Positions 35,457 through 45,200 of a stretch of 64,000 nucleotides of DNA are shown in pieces. A program made the position numbers and the translations under genes. Location: the IMG/VR virus record IMGVR_UViG_3300042507_001994, one strand, 5' to 3'. Source of the DNA: an uncultured virus (IMG/VR IMGVR_UViG_3300042507_001994). Taxonomy: Duplodnaviria > Heunggongvirae > Uroviricota > Caudoviricetes. The stretch's first letter is position 1. Each line of letters opens with the position of its first letter. The notes under the pieces were generated by a model. It made no database searches. It was not told where the DNA came from and saw only the letters and a list, made by a program, of their open reading frames with translations.

Positions 35457-37388
35457 GGGTTAGCACTAGTAGACAGATCTATCTCATCTGCGATGCTATC
35501 GCTAGCTGTGATGACAGCAACGTCACAATCAATGTGAACCAGGAGCAAGCATGAAAACCAAGATGCTAACCAAGGCCCGTCGCCTATGGAACACGGGCAA
35601 CACGCGCCTTGACCGGCGCAACCAACGGGAATGGGTTCGTGCCATCCGCCGTCTGGGCGATAAGTGGCTGCTGGCGGTGCCGGTGGCGCGGAAGGAGGGG
35701 GTATGAAAGACACCGGAGGACCGGCGTTCCCCGTGAAGACGGCGATGTTCGACTGCACGCAGTCCGGCATGACCCTGCGCGACTACTTTGCGGCGAAGGC
35801 GATGCAGGCGCTGATTACGCGAATTTCCATGTCGGGTGTGGATCAAGCAAGAAAAGCGTACGAAATAGCCGACTCTATGCTGAAAGCGAGGAGCCAATGA
35901 GCAAGCACACACCGGGGCCGTGGGTGGTCGGCAACCAAGACCCGCTGAACTTTGGCGTGCCGCGCGGTTGGGGAACAGAACCCATCGGCTTTGTGTACGG
36001 CCCCAGCTTCCCAGAGCATTCTGAAGTCGGGCAACGCGCCCTTGCTAACGCCCGCCTGATCGCCGCCGCACCTGAGTTGCTGGAGGCGCTCCGAAGCATC
36101 GCGGACTGCTGCGATGAAGAACACGCCGCACGCGATTACGCATCTCGGCAGGCTGAGATTCGCGGCATTGCCCGCGCCGCCATCGCCAAAGCCACAGGAG
36201 AGCAACCATGACCCCCGAAGAAGAGATCCGCCGCGTATTGCACCCGGAAGCGCATGAGCGTTTGAACGATGTCTACAAACCGATGGAGTTCAACCCTCGA
36301 CCACAGGCCGCTGAGCCCTGCATCGACCCCGACGAGATCGGCGGCAGGCCGTGGTATCAGGAGCAGCCAGAGCCGTGGTGGCCGTACATCTTGGGTGCAG
36401 TTTGCGCCATCCTGGCGCTGGTGCTGGTGTTTGCGCCGGTGGGGGTGCTGAAATGATCTACACCACACTCAACAAAATCTTCATCCACAACCCTTGTGCT
36501 GACGACTGGTCCAAACTGCTGCGCCACCTTAACAAGGGGCTGCCAGATGATGAGCCTGTCGATTTGCTGACGATCCTTGAGAGCAACGGGCTGGACGATG
36601 CGCTCTGGTGTTTATGCGCGGTTGATGACTTTCAACGAGAGATACGTTTATATGCTGTCTGGTGCGCTCGGCAGGTACAAAACTTCATGCCAGATCAACG
36701 TTCGCTAGAAGCCTTGGATGTTGCAGAGCGCCACGCCAACGGGCAGGCGACGGATAAAGACCTAGCAGAAGCGAGACAAGAAGCAAGGTGCGCGGCCATA
36801 GATGCAGCGCGACACGGCTACAAGCCGTATCTTCCATCGATAGACGCAGCAAATCATGCCGCTTTTCATGCAACACGAGCTGATGGGTCGATTGCGGCGC
36901 GAGGCGCTGCCCGCGATGCTGCGCGTGCTTTGTTTTGGGCCGGCAAAGGCGGGTGGGATGAAATAAGAGAGTCGCAATCTGCCGAGTTCCGGAGGGTGGC
37001 TGGTGTTTGCGCCGCTGGGGGTGTGAAATGACCAGAACACTTGCGGCAAAAGTGATAGCGGGCATACACAGCCAACGCTGGACGCTTAGCGGCTATGGCG
37101 GCACTTGGGCCGGAGCCATGCGCCCGCTGGAGGAGTACGTCAAGCGCAAGGTTGAGAAAGCCGTGGCCGCTGAGCGCGAGGCCATCATCCAAGCCATGCC
37201 CGGCGGGCACAGCGTTGACCCGCAGTGGGTGTGCGACATGATCAGAGCAAGGGGGAACAAATGACCATCAACCCCCGAGCCTTCCTCCGCAGGTGCTTTA
37301 CCTGCAACAAAGACTACCGCGACCACCCGGGCAGCAGTCTGCGGCGGAAAATTTGGAGATGTGCGGAATGCACGAAGAAAGGGACTCA

Positions 37389-38057
37389 ATGACGCCTCTC
37401 ATAACTGAGTTTGTAAGGGTCACCAAGGATGCTGAACGGTGGACTTGGTTTGATGTGGGAAGCATTCCAGAACTTGTGGAGGCATTGCTTGATGATGAAT
37501 TATTTGCTATGCCATATCCACGCACCGCGTTTTGCGGCGTTGATGTGGACGGAAGTAAGTTTTGCGTGGCGCTGATTACTGGTGACAACCATGTAAGCGT
37601 AGCCGGCAGGTATGACACCGGCAAATTCCCCGCAATCATCAAGCCATTTTCTTACATAAACACCGACGAAGGGATACGCATCTACGGAGGAGAAGGCATG
37701 GAGCCTCCTCCTCGGGCGCATTACCTACCAGTCATCGCGCTCGTCAGTCGTTTCGCACAAAGCCTAAACGCTGTGACGCAAACGGCGTATTTGCCGACGC
37801 CCAAAAAGTCCCTTCTGAATGCCGCTCGTGCCGCCAAGGGGAAGCCATTGGCGTTGTTTGATTGGCACACCGTTGAGATTGCGCCCAGAAAACCCAAGAG
37901 CGAGCCGCAGGGCGGGACCCACGCATCACCAAGATTGCATGACAGGCGCGGTCATTGGCGCATCTGTAAGGGCGGCAAAAAGGCTTGGGTCAAAGCCTGC
38001 AAGGTTGGTGACGCCAGCAAAGGCGTTGTGTTCAAGGACTATGAGGTGAAAGTATGA
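37389..38057 (+). CDS. Conserved hypothetical phage protein
   Basis: C-terminal THASPRLHDRRGHWR...WVK.CKVG motif. Confidence 0.65.
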   Translation: MTPLITEFVRVTKDAERWTWFDVGSIPELVEALLDDELFAMPYPRTAFCGVDVDGSKFCVALITGDNHVSVAGRYDTGKFPAIIKPFSYINTDEGIRIYGGEGMEPPPRAHYLPVIALVSRFAQSLNAVTQTAYLPTPKKSLLNAARAAKGKPLALFDWHTVEIAPRKPKSEPQGGTHASPRLHDRRGHWRICKGGKKAWVKACKVGDASKGVVFKDYEVKV

Positions 38058-40282
38058 CCACCATGCAGATTGACCGCGCCGTGGTTGAGCAGGCGCTGGA
38101 TGCGTTGGAGAGTTATGCGACGCATAGGCCGCTTCCCGGACGTTGCCCAGTCAGGGACGTTGAATACGCCCTGCGCACCGTGCTGGCAGAGCCCGAAACC
38201 TGCACATGGCAGCAAGACGGCGACAGTGATTCAGGCCTGTATGCCACATCGTGCCGCCACTACTTCAACCTTGAAGACGGCACGCCGGAAGACAACAAGC
38301 TGGCGTGGTGCTGCTACTGCGGTAAGAAGCTGGCGCAGGAACTGATTACGGAGGACGGCGATGAGTGACTTGAGAGCCGCCGCCCAGCGGGCGCTGGAGG
38401 CGCTGGAGAACTGCTCCAGCGAGTATGGGCACAGGTGCAACCGCTGCGACAGCGAGGTTGACGAAGGAGGCAAGGTTGCTTCCGCCCTCCGCGCCGCGCT
38501 GGCGCAGCAGGATGAGCCCGACCTCTCTCGTTGCCCCCAATGCAACGGCCCCGCCGACAACGGTTTCGACCGCAGCATCCCGCCAAACCCTTACCTTTGC
38601 ACGAAGTGCATGGCCGAGCCGGTGGAGCCGGTGGTGACGCTGACCGCTCAGCGCGATGCGCTGCTGGAGGCGTTGAAGTTTGTGATCCGTGGAGTGCCCG
38701 ACACATGGGAAGGCGTGCAGAAAGCTCGCGCCGCAATCAAGATGGTGGAGGGAACCAAATGATCGACGCAACAAAGATCCAATGCCTCACGACGGCAAAC
38801 TGGCTGAAAGGCTACGCATCCACACTGGACGCCGATCTACACTCGGCGCTCATCCACAGACTCAACCAAGCATCGCAACTGCTGCAACAGGTGTGGAATG
38901 AGTACGAAAGAGCGCAAGGGGAAACACATGAACCGCGATGACATTCTCCGCATGGCGCGGGAGGCTGGGTTGACCTCTGTTATAGACGCACACCACAAAG
39001 AGTACGGAAGCGGGGCGTTCGATTTGTCGTTGTACGAAGAGGTAACGCGCTTCTCCGCTTTTGTCGCCGCTGCCGAGCGTGAGGCGTGTGCGAAGGTGTG
39101 TGAGGACATTGAAGAGGCATACCAACGCCAAGAAAGCATACGCTACCCAGCACTGAGAACAGACGCCGAAACAGGGTCTGGGGAATGCGCCGCCGCCATC
39201 CGCGCAAGGGGGATCAAATGAGCGACAGGGAAATGCTGGAGTTTGCCGCGAAGGCGGCGGGGCTGCGTGTTGGCTTTGAACCCGATGGAAAAGAGCGAGG
39301 CAGGCATGACCTGTACTGGAGCAACGTCCATCACCAACTCGCATGGCACGGCAAGAGTGCAGGCTCCAAATACCCGAGACCGGTCTTCTGGAACCCCCTC
39401 GCCGACGACGGCGATGCGCTGCGGTTGGCGGTGCGGCTCAACATCCCGGTGTTCCCTTACGAAGACGAAACCAGCACCGGCACCATCGGTGTTCGCGCTA
39501 AAAACTGGGGGAGCAAGGAGGCAAACACCCGCCGCGCCATCGTCCGCGCTGCGGCAGAGATTGGGAGGAGCATGACATGATAGGCTTCGGCCCCGTGCCC
39601 CTAAAACGCGAAGGCGCAATAGCGGATCCCGACGAATACACCTGGGAATGTAACCTTGACGAGTGCGCCGATTGCCGCAAGCATTACCTTGAGTGGAAAC
39701 AGAAGTATCTTGAACAGGAGCGACAGCATGACCCGCGAACAACACCTCAACATCCTCATCCTGATCAGCGCCTTGGAGTCGCTGATGTTGGCGCACAAAG
39801 TGCCGTTTCCGGCGGGGCTGTCTGAAGACCTCGATCTGGTTACAGAGGCGCTCCGGGAGGCAGTGCTGAAAGAATGATTTTTCTCAAAATCTTGCTGCGG
39901 CGCGATTTATTAGAGGAGCATAAATGAATTTAACACCATGGTTTCTTGGAAACACACATCCCATCAGGCCGGGGGTGTATCAGAGAGACTTTGGCCGTGA
40001 ACGAAAATATGCCTACTGGGATGGACAGCACTGGCTATGGGGGGCTGCGACTCCAGAAAGGGCTGTTGAAACAGAAGGGTTTTCCGCCGTCCAGCTTCAG
40101 CTTGTCTCTGTTCTCTGGCGTGGACTGATGGAGGAATCAAATGACCCTGCCATATGACATTGCCCGCTGCCTCGGCACCAAGAAGGCAGAATGCGAAGAC
40201 TGCCTACGCAGGACTTCCCCGCCCGGCCCATGGCAATCATGGATAGCGGCCCGGTATTCCACAACCCCATGCAAATCAAGGA

Positions 40283-40471
40283 TTGCCAGTGAGGTGCCCG
40301 AAATGTCAGAAGGAAGGAAAAAGCCCAGTCTTGGAAAGCCGCCCGCATGATGGGGATGTTTGGAGACGGCGCTACTGCAAGTTCTGTTTCAACGTGTTTG
40401 TTTCCCGTGAAACAGCAGAGCCTGGGATGAAGATGCCCCCGGAGACTTGGTCAAAAAATAGGAAGAAATGA
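40283..40471 (+). CDS. NrdR-like N-terminal Zn-ribbon protein
   Basis: CPKC...VLESR...RRRYCKFC..VFVSRE. Confidence 0.6.
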   Translation: MPVRCPKCQKEGKSPVLESRPHDGDVWRRRYCKFCFNVFVSRETAEPGMKMPPETWSKNRKK

Positions 40472-40725
40472 ACAACAAGCTAAACGCCGCAGAGAGGGAG
40501 CACCTACGCAGGGTCAAGGAGCTACCCTGCGGGGTCTGCGGAGCTTCGGGCCCTTCTGATGCTCATCACATCAAGCAAGGGCTCCAGTACCTCTGCATCC
40601 CCCTATGTAGGGACTGTCATCAAGGGAGTTTCAACGGCATCCATGGACAGGCCAGGATCTGGTCTGTCCTCAAGAAGGATGAGATGACCGTCCTGAACGA
40701 TGTCATTGCGCGTCTATCATCTTAA
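40468..40725 (+). CDS. Ref-like small HNH nuclease
   Basis: CGVCG...DAHH...IPLCRDCH...GIHG. Confidence 0.7.
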   Translation: MNNKLNAAEREHLRRVKELPCGVCGASGPSDAHHIKQGLQYLCIPLCRDCHQGSFNGIHGQARIWSVLKKDEMTVLNDVIARLSS

Positions 40726-40726
40726 T

Positions 40727-42286
40727 ATGAAGTTTGGTTCTGTTTGCAGCGGTATTGAAGCCGCCAGCGTGGCATGGCACTTGTTGGGCTGGCATGCCTC
40801 TTGGTTTAGCGAGATCGAGCCGTTCCCGTCGGCGGTGCTGGCGCATCACTACCCGGGCGCGCCCAACTTGGGGGACATGACGACGCTGCCTGATCGCATT
40901 CTGTCGGGTGAGGTTGAGGCGCCTGACCTGTTCTGTGGGGGCACGCCGTGTCAGGCGTTCAGTGTGGCCGGCCTGCGCCGGTCGCTGGATGATGCCCGGG
41001 GCAACCTTTCTCTTATCTTCTGCGAGATCGCCGATGCAATTGACCATGTTCGACTTGCTGGAGGAGAGCCTGCCAGCATCGTCTTCTGGGAGAACGTGCC
41101 CGGAGTCCTCTCAACCAAGGACAACGCCTTCGGGTGCCTCCTCGCACGTCTATGCGGGGGTGATGAGCCACTGCATGCGCCCGACGGCTGGCCGGATGCG
41201 GGTTGCGTTTCTGGACCCACGAGAACAGCGGCGTGGCGCGTCTTGGATGCCCAATACTTCGGCTTGGCCCAACGACGCCGCCGCGTGTTCGTTGTCGCGA
41301 GTGCTAGAGACGGGTTCGATCCCGCCCAGGTTCTTCTTGAGTTCGAAGGCGTGCGCCGGGATTCTGCGCCGCGCCGAGAAGCGGGGGAAGGAGTTGCCCG
41401 AGGCGCTGCGCCGAGCTTTGGAATCCGTAGCGCGAACACCAGCAGCAACGGATGGGGAATCCAGCGAGAACTGACGCACACACTGGACACGGCGTCGCCT
41501 CAGATCGTGGCGCAAGCCTTTGGTGGCGGGCAGAACTGCGCTCAGACTGATGTGAGTACAACGCTGAGTGCCCATCCTGGTGGGTCAACGCTGGACTTCC
41601 AGACGGAGACGTTTGTCGCTCACACCCTGCGCGGCGAAGGCTTCGACGCCAGCGAGGACGGCACTGGGCGGGGGACGCCGCTGGTGCCGGTGGCGTTCAG
41701 CATCATGCCCATGAACAGCGGCAAGGACTACAAGGCCCGAGAGGTCGATGTGGCGCAACCGCTGATGGCTGCAGGCCCCTTTGGCGGGAATCAGGGTGGT
41801 GATTTCATTGCGCAGCCGGTGGAGCCGGTGCCTATGATCAATATGCAAGGCAGCAAAGGCAATGCAGTCGCGCAAGCTGACGGCCCGAGCTTCACGCTCA
41901 ACGCCATGCACGGCCACGATATGCACGCTGTAGCGGTGCCGGTGGCGATGCGCGAGTCTGGCCAGGGCTACTGGATGCAGGACGATATTGCCGGAACGAT
42001 AGATGCCAACATGGGCATGAGCGGACACGCCAATCGGCCTGCCGTCATCAAGCAGCAAGCCATGCAAGTCCGCCGCCTCACGCCCGTTGAGTGCGAGCGG
42101 CTGCAAGGCTTCCCAGACGGCTACACCGCCATCCCCTGGCGCGGCAAGCCCGCCAGCGAGTGCCCTGACGGCCCGCGCTACAAGGCCCTGGGCAACTCTT
42201 GGGCCGTGCCGGTGGTGCGGTGGATTGGAAGACGAATTGATGATCTGTTGAAGCAAAACCTTATTGCGCGTCTATCATCTTCTTGA
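40727..42286 (+). CDS. Orphan C5-cytosine DNA methyltransferase with long variable region
   Basis: SVCSGIE, GGTPCQ, WENV, QRRRRVF, RRLTPVECERLQGFPD, ALGNS. Confidence 0.92.
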   Translation: MKFGSVCSGIEAASVAWHLLGWHASWFSEIEPFPSAVLAHHYPGAPNLGDMTTLPDRILSGEVEAPDLFCGGTPCQAFSVAGLRRSLDDARGNLSLIFCEIADAIDHVRLAGGEPASIVFWENVPGVLSTKDNAFGCLLARLCGGDEPLHAPDGWPDAGCVSGPTRTAAWRVLDAQYFGLAQRRRRVFVVASARDGFDPAQVLLEFEGVRRDSAPRREAGEGVARGAAPSFGIRSANTSSNGWGIQRELTHTLDTASPQIVAQAFGGGQNCAQTDVSTTLSAHPGGSTLDFQTETFVAHTLRGEGFDASEDGTGRGTPLVPVAFSIMPMNSGKDYKAREVDVAQPLMAAGPFGGNQGGDFIAQPVEPVPMINMQGSKGNAVAQADGPSFTLNAMHGHDMHAVAVPVAMRESGQGYWMQDDIAGTIDANMGMSGHANRPAVIKQQAMQVRRLTPVECERLQGFPDGYTAIPWRGKPASECPDGPRYKALGNSWAVPVVRWIGRRIDDLLKQNLIARLSSS

Positions 42287-45200
42287 TCTCTTGGATGTTG
42301 GAGGCTAGGTTGTTCTCCAACTCCGTGATGTTGGCGATGATGTCCTTCTTTCCCTCTGCATCCATGGTGGAGGCGCGGACAAAGTTCTTCATCTCCCGGT
42401 ACTGCTTCATGGACTTTTCCAGATCCAGGACAAAGTCCTTCGTGGCGAGGAGACCCATGTTCTCCTGCATGAACTCTCCCCATTCCTGGGGTTTCATGTT
42501 CCTCTCCAGGAGGTTGGCCGTCCGGACAGCCTCGTCTACAGAGTTCTTCAACTCGTAGTACGCGGTGACTTGTCCTCGCGCCAGAGGATCCACAGCAAAC
42601 CGCCGGATGACGGGCATCTGTTCAAACCGCTTTGCTGCCTTGGGGGCATCGGTATTCATGTCATAGATGGCATCGAACAGATCCATCATGTATCCACCGA
42701 TGGTTCCCGTATAGCCTCTGATCATCTCGTCAATCTTGACCGGAGACAGTTGGAGTGCCGTGGGTAGATCCTTGGTTGCTCCGCCGATCAGTTCTCCAAT
42801 CCGGGATGTGCCGGGCGCGATCTGGTAAGCCGGGTTTACATCTTCCAGTCCCTGAGAGACGATAGGCCGTCCGGTGAAGAACGAGTAGTTCGTCACGGAT
42901 TCAATGAGAGGAAGGGCTGTCTGGGGGATCGGGTTAAACGACAAGGTGCTGGTCAACTGCCTTGTCATGGACTTCAGGAAGTCCTTCCCGGTGTCGTCCC
43001 CAAAGCTGTACTCCAGGATCCGCTCAGGGATCACCTTGAACAGGACGCCGATTTCAAAGGGGATAGGGATCTTGACATCACCCAAGATCCAGTAGTTGTC
43101 CCGCGTTTCCTGCTCTTGTCTCTTCCACTCATCATCTTCGGAGGCAAGCATCCAGTACATCGTGGACAGGGCTGCAATGGTCATGCCCCGGATGAAGAAG
43201 CTCTTCTGGATCTCCTTGGCGTTTGCTTCCGTGCCCCTCCCAAATGCCGCCCGGTACAGAACATCAAGGCCCTGCATCCGCGCATTCAAGAACGGCACTG
43301 CTGCGGTCAGAACCCGAACCATGGGGTTGTTGCCCTTCCGGTTGAAGTTCATCACCTCCACCGCCCGGAACAGAGCTTCCGCCTCATTGCCCGTCTCAGC
43401 AAGGGTCTTCTTGTAGACCTCCATACGAGTTGCTGCGTCAGAGGCCGTCGTTCCCTTTTCAAGGGCATCCCAAAGAGAGACAAAGGGGCGGGCCAACTGC
43501 TCTGCTGGCGTATAAACACCCGCTTCCTTGCGAAGGGCCCGGTCAAACCTTTGTGCGCTGATCTCTACCCCTTGGGAGTAGTCATAGCCACCGATCACCC
43601 CAGAGTTGAGAAGTGCCGCGTATTCGGGGTTCTGCCCTCTTAGGGCCTTGGTGAAGTTTGTCAGGGTATCCACCATGGGTGTCATCTTGACCCCGGAAGA
43701 CACCCAGGCAGACATCGAGTCCCGCATCATGTTGGCAAGCATGAAGGCAGGATCCTTTGTGACCAAGTTCCGCAGCAGGTTTGCCGGCCCGGCCAGCAGG
43801 CCGATGAACGGCAGATCCCCCAGGTTCAGACTCTTCATGGCTTCCACGAAGAGAGGATCCTTGGTGGCGTAATATGAAGTTAGTCCATTTTCCAGAACTT
43901 TAATCACATTTGGAGCAGAAGAGGCATAGTTCAGCCTATTGGCTTGTCCAATAAGCACAGCAGTGTTTACAGCCCTCTGTGCTGCGACGTTTTTCATCCC
44001 CGCTTCAATGGAATATTGGACGTTCCGAACCACGGTCTCCAGGAATTCTCCAATCTTTAATTCTGACTCTTTAAGTTTCTTCGGTGCGCGGACCCCTGAC
44101 AAGGATGCAAAGATCTGGGGCCCGACAGTCTCCTCCCCTTCTACCTGCCGATAGAAGGGGATGTAGTCCGAATACTTGACAAACTCCTTGGCCGCTTCTT
44201 CAGAGAGAACCCCGGTGTCCTTCAGATATTTAACCAGACCATTGTTGAACTTGATCCATTCATCATGGATGTCTTTGAACTCAGGATGATCCTTGAGGAT
44301 CTGCGCGGCAGTAGCACGATCTGCCGGCGTGATGATCCCGGTTTCTCTACCCTGTCCGTACAAACGGATGCCCCTGTTTATAGCGGCCCAGGTCTGGTAC
44401 TTCTGGTAGATGAACGGATCGTTGTACTTCGCCAGCGGGGCGAAGATGGCAATCGGCCCCTTGACCGTGTTGTTGTTGTTGACGATCTTGGTGTGACCGT
44501 TTACATACACAGGGATGCCGCCAACACCGTCATGCACCCCCATGGCCCCGGCCAGAACACCGGCACTCAGATCAGACATGAGCGCAGCGCCATGAGAACT
44601 TGCATCTGCAAGCAGAGGAGCGCCGCCCATCAGGCGGACAAGCTCTTTGTCGTACTCGCTCAGACGGTTGTACCGATCCAGGAAAGCCGCCCGGAAGGAC
44701 GATGCAGACTTCGGGGCAATGGCCTCGGTAATCCGCTTGATGAAGGACTTCTCTTCCCGTGGGGTGGTGATCTGATCAACCCGGGCACGGGTGACAGGAT
44801 CTGTCGTATCACGCAGGCTTGCCTTGATGCTCGGATCTACAGGATCAAACTTTCCAACGTTGCCGATGGCAGATTTGATCTGGGTAGGATTGAAAGCAAC
44901 AATCTCCGTCAGCTTTCCATCCCGGTACTGCATGAGACCGTCATAGCCCTGAGAAAGGGCTCGGTTCATCACTTGTTTTCCGATGTAGCCCTTCTCTTCA
45001 TAAGCCTTCTCCACCATGGCCTCGGCCTTGTCCTGCTTCATGCCAAGCTGGACAAGAGCCATGATCATCGGGTCTTCGTTGCCTTTGTGTTTCAACAGCA
45101 AAGGTTTTTGCAGAGACACATACAGCGGCATTACATTGGGCGACTCGCCCTCTGCGTAATACGAAGCAAAACTTGCGCTTGGGGTCGTGTAAATGCCAGC

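Larger units (their letters stand above)
35703..40471 (+). other. Array of ~15 small, overlapping accessory ORFs (nin-like region)
   Basis: ORFs at 35703, 35897, 36208, 36453, 37028, 37389, 38054, 38361, 38759, 38928, 39218, 39577, 39728, 39924, 40141 and 40283, mostly joined by ATGA overlaps; stock motifs GGPAFP/TLRDYFA, HTPGPW/ARLIAAAPELLEAL, AAEREACA/IRARG. Confidence 0.75.

Noticed and set aside
40468..42286. Restriction-modification pair (HNH plus methylase)
   Set aside because: The HNH is an 85-aa Ref-like protein, and the flanking duplication indicates the methylase arrived separately.
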